Assembly: GCA_030593075.1 (NCBI GenBank)
Contig: JAUVHW010000003.1
Span: 1-43,909 of the forward strand
DNA length: 43,909 nucleotides
Direction: 5' to 3'
Origin: Ardenticatenales bacterium
GTDB lineage: Bacteria > Chloroflexota > Anaerolineae > Promineifilales > UBA4811
Shown piece after piece: positions 18,009-26,506 of this stretch. Position numbers and translations under genes: made by a program. Within the stretch, counting starts at the first letter, position 1. Each line of letters opens with the position of its first letter. The notes beneath the pieces are model-generated. The model did not search any database, was not told the DNA's origin, and worked only from the letters and a program-made list of their open reading frames with translations.

Positions 18009-18095
18009 ATGGAACCCCCCGCGTACCTGATGCCCATCGTGTTCGCCTTCCTCGGGTGGGCGTTCGTAATGCGCGACTTCGTGCGAGGGCGCTAG
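18009..18095 (+). CDS. 28-aa hydrophobic peptide (alternative: ORF 17996-18217)
   Basis: SD GGAG; MEPPAYLMPIVFAFLGWAFVMRDFVRGR. Confidence 0.35.
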   Translation: MEPPAYLMPIVFAFLGWAFVMRDFVRGR

Positions 18096-18209
18096 GCCTC
18101 CTCGCCGCCACTGCCGCCGGAGTCCACCTGGGCTTCCTGGGCGGTGGCCCGCGCAGGCGCAACCGTGAGGACTGCGGCGAGGGGCGGCTGGAAGATGACG
18201 TGCTGTTCG

Positions 18210-18404
18210 ATGCCTAGCCGCAAGGCCCAGCGCGACGCAGAACTCGTGCGGCAGGGTGCCGAGCGGCGGCTGGCGAAGAAGCCGAAGGCCTGCGAGTGCG
18301 GGCATGGGCGCGGGGCGCACGCCATTCTTACCGCTAAGTGCCAAAGTGGGCGAGGTCGCCGCACTCTCTGCGACTGCCCCGGCTACCAGGAGGCGAAGTC
18401 ATGA
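18210..18404 (+). CDS. Small Cys/His-rich protein
   Basis: CECGH....H..C..CDC. Confidence 0.6.
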   Translation: MPSRKAQRDAELVRQGAERRLAKKPKACECGHGRGAHAILTAKCQSGRGRRTLCDCPGYQEAKS

Positions 18405-18976
18405 CGAACGGTGAAGCGACGCCAACATACACCAAGCGCACAGAAGGCGGCTCCTGTGCCGACGGCCCGGCCACCGGCTTGGCCTCGCGCAGGGACGGCA
18501 GAGATGGGCGTACCGTGCTGCTCGTTGCAGAGATGGTGGGCACCGCCAGCCAGGGAGATCGCGGCAAGGTGGGCAACGAGCTACTCGACCACCTCGACAC
18601 CCTGCCGCAGCCTGCGGTGGACGTGGACGCGCTGAAACAGGTGCAGCGAGCCTTTGCTGCCGCAACGGAAGAGGGCATCACTGAGAAGGGGCGGCTGGAG
18701 AATGTCTGCCTAGTGCTGGCAGAGATGCGCTGCGACCTAGAAGCCCAGCAGCCCCCGGCCCCTGGCGTGGTGGAGGCGCTGGAGAATATCTACAAGAAGG
18801 CTGAGATGTGGGCGTCACCTTGGGGCACGTTGCCGAGCGCTTGGGGGAGCGTGCGTGACTGGGCTGACGAAGCACTGGCCGCCCTCCGCCCCGCCCAGGG
18901 TGCCAGCCTGCAACGCTCTAGTTGTCCGGGCTGTGGGCACCCGGAGTGCGACGCAGAGCCGAAGGGTGCCGAGTGA
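18401..18976 (+). CDS. Hypothetical protein
   Basis: SD GGAGG, ATGA-coupled. Confidence 0.6.
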   Translation: MTNGEATPTYTKRTEGGSCADGPATGLASRRDGRDGRTVLLVAEMVGTASQGDRGKVGNELLDHLDTLPQPAVDVDALKQVQRAFAAATEEGITEKGRLENVCLVLAEMRCDLEAQQPPAPGVVEALENIYKKAEMWASPWGTLPSAWGSVRDWADEALAALRPAQGASLQRSSCPGCGHPECDAEPKGAE

Positions 18977-19185
18977 TGGAGGCGCCCAAGGCCGAGCGCG
19001 TCGAGGAACTCTGGGTAGATCGGGCGGAGCGCCTGAGCGATGAGATGCAGCGTGCGGATCACTACGACCTCTACGACGCAGAGGAGAACGAGCGCGTGGC
19101 CCGCGAGCTATGGGCCTCGCTGCCTGCGTCCTTCCACAAGCACGTCAAGAAGATACTCACGGCAGAGACAGGAGGAGAACGATGA
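18976..19185 (+). CDS. Hypothetical protein
   Basis: TGATG-coupled. Confidence 0.6.
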   Translation: MEAPKAERVEELWVDRAERLSDEMQRADHYDLYDAEENERVARELWASLPASFHKHVKKILTAETGGER

Positions 19186-19973
19186 CGACTGATCAAGAAG
19201 CATTGGTGGTTCGCCCAACGGGTGAACAGGGCCTGGTCAACGTGGAGTTTGCCATGCAGGAATGGGAGGCGTATCAAGAGCTCACCCGCCGCCTGCTAGA
19301 CAAGAAGACCGACTACCAGAAGATCGGCAAGGGCGAGTTCAAGAAGAAGTCTGCGTGGCGGAAGTACGCCCGCGCCTTCAACCTCTCATCCGAAGTGGTG
19401 AGAGAGGAGATAGAGCGGGACGCGGATCACTACCCCGTCTTTGCCAGAGTGGTAGTGAGGACAACCGACCCCGCTGGACGTTTCCAGGAAGCCGACCAGG
19501 AGTGCCATATCACGGAGCGGTGCTGCGATGGGCGTGTTGGCAAGTCCTGCTACAAGGCGCGGTACGATAGCCACACCTGCTGTACCTCGACGTGCGATGG
19601 CAAGACCCACTTCTCTCATCCGGGAGACTTGGTAGCCACGGCCACTACTCGCGCAAAGAACCGCTCCATCAGCGACCTCATTGGCGCTGGCGAGGTGAGC
19701 GCCGAGGAGATGACGGACCCCCCGAACGGTAGCGCCACCCCTAAAAAGGCGGCTCCCCGTGAGGCAGAGCCGGTTGACGCTGCCGCCGACCCCAACAAGG
19801 CGCGGCACGATCTCAAGCAGATGCTGGACGCCAAGTACCCCGACGAACAGGAGCGCGTGCAGTGGATGGAGGAGAACGCGCCGACCGGGGTACGCGGCAC
19901 CAACGTCATGATCGGCGACATGAGCGACGCCGGGGTGGACGCTGCCCTGGCGGTGCTGGGCAACGCCGACTAG
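19182..19973 (+). CDS. Putative single-strand annealing recombinase with Cys-rich insert
   Basis: DYQKIG..KKSAWRK..FNLS; TATTRAKNRSISDLIG.GEVSAEEM; linker plus helical C-domain. Confidence 0.55.
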   Translation: MTTDQEALVVRPTGEQGLVNVEFAMQEWEAYQELTRRLLDKKTDYQKIGKGEFKKKSAWRKYARAFNLSSEVVREEIERDADHYPVFARVVVRTTDPAGRFQEADQECHITERCCDGRVGKSCYKARYDSHTCCTSTCDGKTHFSHPGDLVATATTRAKNRSISDLIGAGEVSAEEMTDPPNGSATPKKAAPREAEPVDAAADPNKARHDLKQMLDAKYPDEQERVQWMEENAPTGVRGTNVMIGDMSDAGVDAALAVLGNAD

Positions 19974-19999
19974 CCCGCGAAAGGAGCGGCACGGATGCC

Positions 20000-20227
20000 A
20001 TGACACGCTGGAAGACGTACAAGTGCGGTAGCTGCCGGGGCTACGGCGTCGTCTCTGTTTACTCAGCCGAGGACTTCCTAGGGGCCGGCGACTGTGAGTG
20101 CAACGGCGGCACCGTCTCGGTATCCGAGAACGACCGGCTCGCTGTGTACCCCGGCGGCCCGTTCCTAGGCTCCTGGCCGGGCAAGTTCGCGGAGCTACCG
20201 GAGTCCGCGCTGGTGCGTAATGCCTGA
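20000..20227 (+). CDS. Small Zn-finger protein
   Basis: CGSCRGYG..CECNGG. Confidence 0.6.
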   Translation: MTRWKTYKCGSCRGYGVVSVYSAEDFLGAGDCECNGGTVSVSENDRLAVYPGGPFLGSWPGKFAELPESALVRNA

Positions 20228-20459
20228 GACCCAGCGTACCCCCGCCGAGCTGCTGGCCGCGGTGCAGGAGCTAGATGGCCCGCTGCGCGAGTTCCGGCGG
20301 TTTCTCCACATCGCCGAGGCCGTCCTGCTCCCGCTGCTGGAGTATGCAGCGCACACCTGCGCCGCCTGCGAGGTGGGGCTGTGCGAGGAGAAGCTGCGGC
20401 TACGCGCCACCGCCCTGCGCGCCGTGGACGCCGCACTGGGGGCGCCTGATGGCAGCTGA
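20220..20459 (+). CDS. Hypothetical protein
   Basis: Coupled ORF, HTCAAC..C. Confidence 0.55.
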   Translation: MPETQRTPAELLAAVQELDGPLREFRRFLHIAEAVLLPLLEYAAHTCAACEVGLCEEKLRLRATALRAVDAALGAPDGS

Positions 20460-20784
20460 GTCATTCACCGTGAGAACCCAGACCAACACGGAGACCTGTG
20501 AGCACTGCGACGGCCACGGCACGATCTCCCGCAAGTGCTGTACCCCCGCAGACCTGGAGAGCGCCCCAGAACACCCGCTTAATGATGACGACCTGTGGCG
20601 GAGCGGCATCACCTTCCGAGTTAAGCAGTGCAAGGAGTGTGGCCAGTTGTGGGGCATCCGCCACCAGTACGACCCAGGTTCTGGCTCCGATAACATCGTG
20701 GCGCCGCTGAACAACGACGACCCTCGTGCGTTCTTCCACCACGGAGAAGAACCCCGGCGCAGACCGGACGGGCGCTATGCCTAG
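20449..20784 (+). CDS. Zn-finger protein
   Basis: CEHCDGHG..CC..CKECG. Confidence 0.6.
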   Translation: MAAESFTVRTQTNTETCEHCDGHGTISRKCCTPADLESAPEHPLNDDDLWRSGITFRVKQCKECGQLWGIRHQYDPGSGSDNIVAPLNNDDPRAFFHHGEEPRRRPDGRYA

Positions 20785-21217
20785 GCTGCCGTTCACCGCG
20801 TTCGTTCGCGGCGTCCCTGCGCCGAAGGGGAGCGTCAGCGGCTTCGTCAACAAGAAGACGGGCGGCGTCAACATCACAGAGAAGCGCGGCTCGCCACAAA
20901 AGACATGGCAGGCGGCGGTCCAGTTCGTTCTCGGTGAGGAGTGGGCCGGCCCACCGCTGGATGAGGCGGTCGCCGTGACGCTGGCGTTCGGCTTCCAGCG
21001 ACCCAAGAGCGTGACTGCCAAGAAGCGCCCACACCACACGGTTAAGCCGGACGTAGACAAGCTGGCGCGTGGCTGTCTGGACGCCATGACCGGCATCGTC
21101 TTTAGGGACGACTCTCAGGTGGCCGTCCTGATGAGCAGCAAGAGCTACGACTTCAAGGAGCCGGGGGTGCGCATCGACGTGTACGCGCTGCCCGCGCAGC
21201 CCGCAGAAGGGAAGTGA
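20777..21217 (+). CDS. rusA: RusA-family Holliday junction resolvase
   Basis: GVPAPKGS; KPDVDKLARGCLDAMTGIVFRDDSQV. Confidence 0.92.
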   Translation: MPRLPFTAFVRGVPAPKGSVSGFVNKKTGGVNITEKRGSPQKTWQAAVQFVLGEEWAGPPLDEAVAVTLAFGFQRPKSVTAKKRPHHTVKPDVDKLARGCLDAMTGIVFRDDSQVAVLMSSKSYDFKEPGVRIDVYALPAQPAEGK

Positions 21218-21221
21218 GCGC

Positions 21222-21482
21222 ATGGCAACCCCCCAACGCTGGTATGTGGTCTGCTGCGTTCAGCCGTGGTCCTCGCTGGAGGTTATGGCGAGCTTTGGTG
21301 CATGGAAGCACAGCGCTGCGATGCAAGAGCCCGACCACGAACTTGGCCAGCCTGTGGGCTACTTAGCCGTGTTCAACACCAGGGAAGAGGCGGTGCAGTG
21401 GCGTGAAGGCACCCAGGTGCTGGAGATCATAGCCGCCCCGGCGGAGGCGAGGCCAGGGGCCGCTGAAGGAGGTACATCGTGA
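21222..21482 (+). CDS. Hypothetical protein
   Basis: GYLAVFNTREEA motif; intact ORF. Confidence 0.6.
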   Translation: MATPQRWYVVCCVQPWSSLEVMASFGAWKHSAAMQEPDHELGQPVGYLAVFNTREEAVQWREGTQVLEIIAAPAEARPGAAEGGTS

Positions 21483-21655
21483 ACATATTCCTGGGGTGCG
21501 TCGCAGGTTACATGGGTATGGCGGCGATCATGGCGCTGCTTCAGCTAGCACAGGGCACGATCCGCGAGCGCACGCGCTGGGATCTAGCGGAGAGCGTTGT
21601 CGTGGGTAGTATCTTCGCGGGCTTCGCCATGGCCCTGTTCTTCGGAGGCCGCTGA
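21479..21655 (+). CDS. 2-TM membrane protein (58 aa)
   Basis: SD AAGGAGG, GTGA-coupled; not in ORF track. Confidence 0.65.
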   Translation: MNIFLGCVAGYMGMAAIMALLQLAQGTIRERTRWDLAESVVVGSIFAGFAMALFFGGR

Positions 21656-22312
21656 CTGAGTGCCCGCGCTGCGCTCCTGGGCCTGTGCCTGGGAGTGGCG
21701 CTGATGCTGAACGGAGGGAACGATGGAATACCTGGTATTGGGACTGCTCCTCGGGTTCTGTGTGGGGACGGTGACGGGGGGCGAGTACGTGCTGTGGCTG
21801 GTGCGCAAGGCGAACAGGAGGCCCTAGATGTCACCGCTAGAAACTGGGTTTCTGGTCGCATGGACACTGCTGGGCGCGATGATGCTCGCGCAACTCCTGT
21901 TCTCCCTGTTCGTGTGGATCGGGAAGCAGTGGCCGCGACGCCGACGGTGGCCGAAGCAGGAGTTCCCAGGCCGCCTGAAGATCACAATATCAGGACAGCC
22001 AATAGCCCTGACGGGATCGCCGGTGGGGGGGATAGAGACCTCGCCGCCGCCATCCAGTTCTGGGCCGCCCACTATGGGGTCTCAGCCGCCGAGCTCGAAG
22101 GAATAGCATGGTGCGAGTCAACATTTGGCCAAGATCCAGCCGCCTACGCGCCAGGTGCGCTTCACGAGGGCGCTTTTCAATTCGAGCACCAGACCTGGCT
22201 GGGCACCCCGCCGGGACAGCGCGGGGAGAGCGCCTACAACGACTGGTACGCAGCCGAGGGTGCGGCCTACTACCTCTCCATCGGGGAGCGGTGGCGCTGG
22301 CCTCGGTGCTGA
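21656..22312 (+). CDS. Secreted or anchored lysozyme-like (SLT/Rpf-like) transglycosylase; start uncertain (CTG 21656 or GTG 21695)
   Basis: IAWCES..GAFQF...TW..AAYY..W core; hydrophobic N-terminus if started at CTG with GGAGG 7 nt upstream. Confidence 0.75.
   Translation: MSARAALLGLCLGVALMLNGGNDGIPGIGTAPRVLCGDGDGGRVRAVAGAQGEQEALDVTARNWVSGRMDTAGRDDARATPVLPVRVDREAVAATPTVAEAGVPRPPEDHNIRTANSPDGIAGGGDRDLAAAIQFWAAHYGVSAAELEGIAWCESTFGQDPAAYAPGALHEGAFQFEHQTWLGTPPGQRGESAYNDWYAAEGAAYYLSIGERWRWPRC
21723..21827 (+). CDS. Nested 34-aa membrane peptide (+1 frame)
   Basis: SD GGAGGG; MEYLVLGLLLGFCVGTVTGGEYVLWLVRKANRRP. Confidence 0.55.
   Translation: MEYLVLGLLLGFCVGTVTGGEYVLWLVRKANRRP
21828..22106 (+). 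CDS. Nested membrane protein (+1 frame)
   Basis: SD AGGAGG; N-terminal TM followed by basic patch. Confidence 0.55.
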   Translation: MSPLETGFLVAWTLLGAMMLAQLLFSLFVWIGKQWPRRRRWPKQEFPGRLKITISGQPIALTGSPVGGIETSPPPSSSGPPTMGSQPPSSKE

Positions 22313-22324
22313 TAGGAGGATGAG

Positions 22325-22495
22325 ATGTACAGACTGACACCCACGGGCCGTGTTCGGCACATGGTGGACGACGGTAGCATCGCGCTTTGTGGCGTGTACG
22401 CGGCGTGGACGCCCATTGCCAATGAGCGCGACTACTCCGTCTGTCGGCGCTGCCTTGCCCGCGCCCCGCAGCCTGCCACGGAGGAGGGGGCATGA
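22325..22495 (+). CDS. Small Zn-binding protein (H..LCG..CRRC)
   Basis: SD AGGAGG; coupled to next gene; not in ORF track. Confidence 0.6.
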   Translation: MYRLTPTGRVRHMVDDGSIALCGVYAAWTPIANERDYSVCRRCLARAPQPATEEGA

Positions 22496-22716
22496 GCGAA
22501 TTCAACCAACTAGCTGGCACAGTCGAGGCATATCTCAGCGATAATACGGGGCGCTCGGAGAGGTGGCCCATTGTGGAACGAGAAGATGGGGGCCTTCTGG
22601 TCGATCACCGCCTGATGAGGCGCGGCTTTCCGTATGAGGCCACCATGGCTGGAGAGCGCGTGGTACTTGTCAGCCCAGCGGACGGTGTTGTGGACATGTA
22701 CGAGGATGGGCCATGA
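22492..22716 (+). CDS. Hypothetical protein
   Basis: Strong SD, ATGA-coupled. Confidence 0.6.
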   Translation: MSEFNQLAGTVEAYLSDNTGRSERWPIVEREDGGLLVDHRLMRRGFPYEATMAGERVVLVSPADGVVDMYEDGP

Positions 22717-22881
22717 TCCGCATCCCACCGCCGCACGATGTCCGAGTCGCCCGTGGCCTGCGAGGCTGGCTGCTCCGGCTGCTGTACCGGGTGTTCGGGC
22801 CATGAGCGAACTAGAGTTCCTCGCCGCCGCGATCGCCGCGTTCGGCCTACTGCCCCTGGCGCTGTGGGCCTGGAGGATGTG

Positions 22882-23127
22882 ATGGGGGAGCAAAGTATCG
22901 AGGAGGCGTGGGCTGCGCTGAACCAAGAATTGCGTGACGCTTCGCTGACAACGTGGCCTGCTGTCACCGTCTCAACGGTGCGCCACAAGGCCCGCGAGTT
23001 TGCTCTGGCCGTGTTAGCTGAAGGCACGCCACCTAAGCATCGCAACATCATCGATAAGTCTCCGCCCACTTACGAATGGCGCAACGAACTCCGCGCCCGC
23101 ATCGAAGCCCTAGGAGGCAAGCAATGA
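22882..23127 (+). CDS. Hypothetical protein
   Basis: SD GGAGG; preceded by coupled mini-ORFs 22713-22805 and 22802-22882. Confidence 0.55.
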   Translation: MGEQSIEEAWAALNQELRDASLTTWPAVTVSTVRHKAREFALAVLAEGTPPKHRNIIDKSPPTYEWRNELRARIEALGGKQ

Positions 23128-23218
23128 CCCCACTACTACTCCGCATCGCCGTCCTGCTCGGCCCTTGGGTGCTGAGCGTGGCCATGCCCGGCCTCACGGC
23201 CCGGTGCTACTGGATCCC

Positions 23219-23788
23219 ATGAGCGAGGAGACTACGCCCACGACGGCTGAGACGGAACCCACGACAGTCGAGGAGCGGGCCTTCTATCTCAAGCGGCTCG
23301 ACGTAATTCGGGCGATGATGGACTCGCAATTCAGCGACGAACCGCCCCCGAGCAATGAGGACTGGAAGAAGTACGTAGGCGACTACGCCAACGAGTCGGC
23401 GCTGCTCTTTGAACGCCGCCTCATCGCCGACGTCGCCCGCCTGGAGCAGAAGTGCGAGGCGCTGGAGGACAGCCTGCTTTCCAGCGTGGACGGCGTGTGG
23501 ACAGACTACGAGGCGGAGAAGTTCGACAACGGCGTGCTGCGATGGAGGGTAGCTGTCCTGGAGACCGAGCTGGCCGCGGCACGGGAGGCGCTGAAGGGGC
23601 GGAGCCTCATGGTTCACGTCTATATCGGCAAAACGCACAGGGGCCGCTGGGACGGCTGCGACAAGGAGCCGTGCGTCAGCGACCGCGCCGCCCTTGCGCC
23701 CCAGGAGCCCGGCGCGATGGGCCAGGAGGCGCCGCTCAGCCAGGACGACTTCGACAAGCAGGAGGAGCGGGCCCGCCATGGACGCTAG
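23219..23788 (+). CDS. Hypothetical coiled-coil protein
   Basis: Intact ORF, phage-like codon usage. Confidence 0.6.
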   Translation: MSEETTPTTAETEPTTVEERAFYLKRLDVIRAMMDSQFSDEPPPSNEDWKKYVGDYANESALLFERRLIADVARLEQKCEALEDSLLSSVDGVWTDYEAEKFDNGVLRWRVAVLETELAAAREALKGRSLMVHVYIGKTHRGRWDGCDKEPCVSDRAALAPQEPGAMGQEAPLSQDDFDKQEERARHGR

Positions 23789-24332
23789 GGGCTACATGCC
23801 GGTGTCCAAGACCACGGAGTATGAGACGCCGCACGATCTCTTCGACCGGCTGGACGCAGAGTTCGGTCCCTTCACCCTGGACCCGTGCGGCCAGCGCGAG
23901 CACAACTCAGCTTCCCGCATCGTGGGCAACGGCGGGCACTTCTATGATGGCAGCACGGAGGCGATGGATGGGCTGCTCCAGCCGTGGGACGGGCGCGTGT
24001 TTATGAACCCACCTTACGGGAAAGAGATCGCCAAGTGGGTAGAAAAGTCAGTCCAAGAAGTCTACGTCGAGGAGCGAGCCGAGATCGTCGTGGCGCTGCT
24101 GCCGGTGCGAACCGATACTGCCTGGTGGCAGGGCTACGTCAACCGTGGGAACGCAATGACTCAAGCCCTAGCGGACAAGCTACTCAGAATTACACTGGCC
24201 CGCCGCAAGGTGAGGCCGCACTACGCAACGGTGACGGGTACCCGCTATCTCCCTGGGCGCGTGACGTTCCACGGCATGAAGGCGTCTGCGCCGTTCCCGA
24301 GCGCCGTCGTGGTGTGGAGAAACGATGCCTAG
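23778..24332 (+). CDS. Phage DNA N6-adenine methyltransferase (phage Dam family)
   Basis: YETP..F..LD..FGPFTLDPC; VFMNPPY; LLPVRTDT.WW; GRVTF; APFPSA. Confidence 0.9.
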   Translation: MDARGYMPVSKTTEYETPHDLFDRLDAEFGPFTLDPCGQREHNSASRIVGNGGHFYDGSTEAMDGLLQPWDGRVFMNPPYGKEIAKWVEKSVQEVYVEERAEIVVALLPVRTDTAWWQGYVNRGNAMTQALADKLLRITLARRKVRPHYATVTGTRYLPGRVTFHGMKASAPFPSAVVVWRNDA

Positions 24333-24489
24333 CCGGGTCCCCATGCGCTACGCGGCCCCCGTCTGGTGTGGGGCGATGCCCCGCAGGGGGAGCGGCCAGA
24401 ACGCAGGCTGGCACATGCTGATCTGCCGGGACTGCCAGGCCAAGAAGGACCTGCTGGACGAGGTAACGAGGGAGCAGAGCGGATGCTAG
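24325..24489 (+). CDS. Small hypothetical protein (C..H..CRDC)
   Basis: SD GGAG; overlaps both neighbours. Confidence 0.45.
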   Translation: MPSRVPMRYAAPVWCGAMPRRGSGQNAGWHMLICRDCQAKKDLLDEVTREQSGC

Positions 24490-24809
24490 ACCTGACGCGG
24501 CCTGAAGTCGAGGTGCTTAGGTGCATGGGCCAGGGCCTTACCGAAGGGGACACTGCCCTACGGCTCTACGTCTCACGGGCCACGGTTGACGGCCGGCTTT
24601 CCGATGCCCGGAAGCGAAACGGCGTTACCACCTACGCCCTCATGTACGAGGTGGGCCAGTTGGTGGCGCGGAACAGTAGCACAAAGCCGCAATCCCTTCG
24701 TGCGCTTTTCACCCCCGTCTCCTGGCTCCCTGCGCCTAAGCGCTGCGGGCCCGGCCGCTGGGTGCCGATGGCAGTGGGCCGCGTCTTCGTGGCCGAGGAG
24801 GGCGCGTGA
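24483..24809 (+). CDS. LuxR-type HTH regulator
   Basis: LTRPEVEVLRCMGQGLT..TALRLYVSRATV. Confidence 0.75.
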   Translation: MLDLTRPEVEVLRCMGQGLTEGDTALRLYVSRATVDGRLSDARKRNGVTTYALMYEVGQLVARNSSTKPQSLRALFTPVSWLPAPKRCGPGRWVPMAVGRVFVAEEGA

Positions 24810-24811
24810 GA

Positions 24812-24944
24812 GCCCGTAGCCCGCACAGAGGGCACCAGCGCTCGAAGGCCGCCGATGAGCGCCACAGGGCACGCCAGCGTCAGCGTGGGCCGAACAACGG
24901 GCGCCGCAAAGTAGGAGCGAAGTCGAAAGCCAGGGGCTTCCGGC
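24812..24944 (+). ncRNA. Possible structured RNA/leader
   Basis: Nested 6-bp stems 24812-17/24897-902, 24819-24/24885-90, 24838-43/24857-62; second arm 24903-24944. Confidence 0.3.
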
Positions 24945-24974
24945 AGTACGTAGTTAGCAGATAGGAGCAAGAAC

Positions 24975-25358
24975 ATGACTTACGAGGACATGGAAGCAGC
25001 GCTGCAGGACTGGATCGCGGACACGACGCCTTGGTCGCGGCATGGTGGGTATGACGGATGCTTTCGCTTCAGCCGCAGGGCGCACGGCGAGGAGGACGCT
25101 GGAAGGCTCATCTTCTGTACGGCCAAGAACACTTACACGGTGAACTTCAGGTCGTCTTACTTGCAGTGCGGTGCTACCTCGCGGACCGTTCAGGCCGGGG
25201 AAGACTGGCACCGCGGCAACGATCTACCAGATGGGGACTTCAGCCGACACACCTGGGATCGCATCATCCGAGCCGTCTTCGGCTATGAGGTGGTCCGCCT
25301 AGTGGAAGAGCGACCGCCTGTCTCTGTTGAGCAGGAGCCAGCGGCTGTCCCGGGGTAG
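24975..25358 (+). CDS. Hypothetical protein
   Basis: SD TAGGAG; YL.C.ATSR...AGEDWHRGNDLPDG. Confidence 0.7.
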   Translation: MTYEDMEAALQDWIADTTPWSRHGGYDGCFRFSRRAHGEEDAGRLIFCTAKNTYTVNFRSSYLQCGATSRTVQAGEDWHRGNDLPDGDFSRHTWDRIIRAVFGYEVVRLVEERPPVSVEQEPAAVPG

Positions 25359-25370
25359 CCAGCCGGAGGG

Positions 25371-25547
25371 ATGGCTGAGTACGTCGAGCGTCGGTGCAAA
25401 TGTTGCAGCGGCTTGGTGCTCTGGCCAAAGAACGATGCTCAGTACCAGCCGCGCTGTGATCACTGTCGGCGCTGGTGCGCGGGTAAGAAGTACCACCAGA
25501 GCGAGGACGGGTACCACGGGCATCCAGCCGCCGCACGCAGGGACTAG
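25371..25547 (+). CDS. Small Zn-finger protein
   Basis: CKCC..CDHC; not in ORF track. Confidence 0.5.
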   Translation: MAEYVERRCKCCSGLVLWPKNDAQYQPRCDHCRRWCAGKKYHQSEDGYHGHPAAARRD

Positions 25548-25555
25548 GAGGAGAG

Positions 25556-25882
25556 ATGACGCCAGAACAAGATGCGCGGGAGTGCTTCGTTTGCCCCCCT
25601 TGGGTGGTGGCATGCGCCCATTTGGACGGCCTCATCGCCTGGACAGCAGACATGCTCGGCGTGCCAAGTGATCAGAGGATGTCGGATCGGCGCTTCATTG
25701 TCCACGGCCCCACCACCATAACGAACGACTCAACGGAATTTAATAAGCGCTGGCACAAGGGCTGCGCTGCCTCGCCGGGGGGCGACTGCCTCTGCACCGA
25801 CGACCTGGCCGCAGCCCAGCAGGACTTAGCCCGCCGCTCCGCCATCCTGATGGGCCGAGAGCCGGAGCCTGCGCTGCCATGA
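25556..25882 (+). CDS. Hypothetical protein
   Basis: SD AGGAGG. Confidence 0.6.
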   Translation: MTPEQDARECFVCPPWVVACAHLDGLIAWTADMLGVPSDQRMSDRRFIVHGPTTITNDSTEFNKRWHKGCAASPGGDCLCTDDLAAAQQDLARRSAILMGREPEPALP

Positions 25883-26094
25883 GGCCCGAAGGAGAGCAGG
25901 CGATCAAGGCCCAGTACCGTGAGGCGACGGAGTACCTGGTTGAAAACGAGTACACGGACATCGTCCCAGCGATCCGGGACCTCGCAGAGATCGTGCTGCA
26001 TGAGTGCGAGATCGCGGCGGCTGACCTCTTCGAGGATGAGCGCATGGTTGTATTCGGCGACATCCGGGCGGTGCTGGAGGAGCTGGTGACATGA
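25879..26094 (+). CDS. Hypothetical acidic protein
   Basis: ATGA-coupled. Confidence 0.6.
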   Translation: MRPEGEQAIKAQYREATEYLVENEYTDIVPAIRDLAEIVLHECEIAAADLFEDERMVVFGDIRAVLEELVT

Positions 26095-26146
26095 TCCCGC
26101 ACACTGGGGCCTGCCCGGCGGGCGGTGGAGATATTGGAGGTGGGGG

Positions 26147-26506
26147 ATGAGAAGGCCACGTCACAAGGGAATGCACTGGGTGCCCGATCCAGAGTGGGGG
26201 AACCCCTATCGTGTCGCTGAGCTTGCGGGTGAAGAAGTCTCAGAGGGCGGCTGGTACTACGGACGATGCTGGCTGACCGGGCCAAAGGCCGACGCTGCCG
26301 AGGATCGCTGGCTCAAGGTGCGCCACGAAGCCTCGCCGACGGATAAGGACGACTGGGTTGCACACCAGTGCGGCGGGTGTCGCTACTTCGCAGCATTGAA
26401 TGCTGACTGGGGCATTTGCTGGTGCGAGGCGAGCCCGTGGGACGGACACGTGATGTTCGAGCATGTCGGGTGCGAGCAGCACTCGGACCTGGAGCCTGCG
26501 CCATGA
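26147..26506 (+). CDS. DUF3027-like Cys-motif protein
   Basis: QCGGCRYF..L..DWGIC...SPWDGHV.FEH.GC..H. Confidence 0.55.
   Translation: MRRPRHKGMHWVPDPEWGNPYRVAELAGEEVSEGGWYYGRCWLTGPKADAAEDRWLKVRHEASPTDKDDWVAHQCGGCRYFAALNADWGICWCEASPWDGHVMFEHVGCEQHSDLEPAP

Noticed and set aside
23778-24332. MTase as part of a restriction-modification system
   Set aside because: No adjacent endonuclease; ordinary orphan phage MTase
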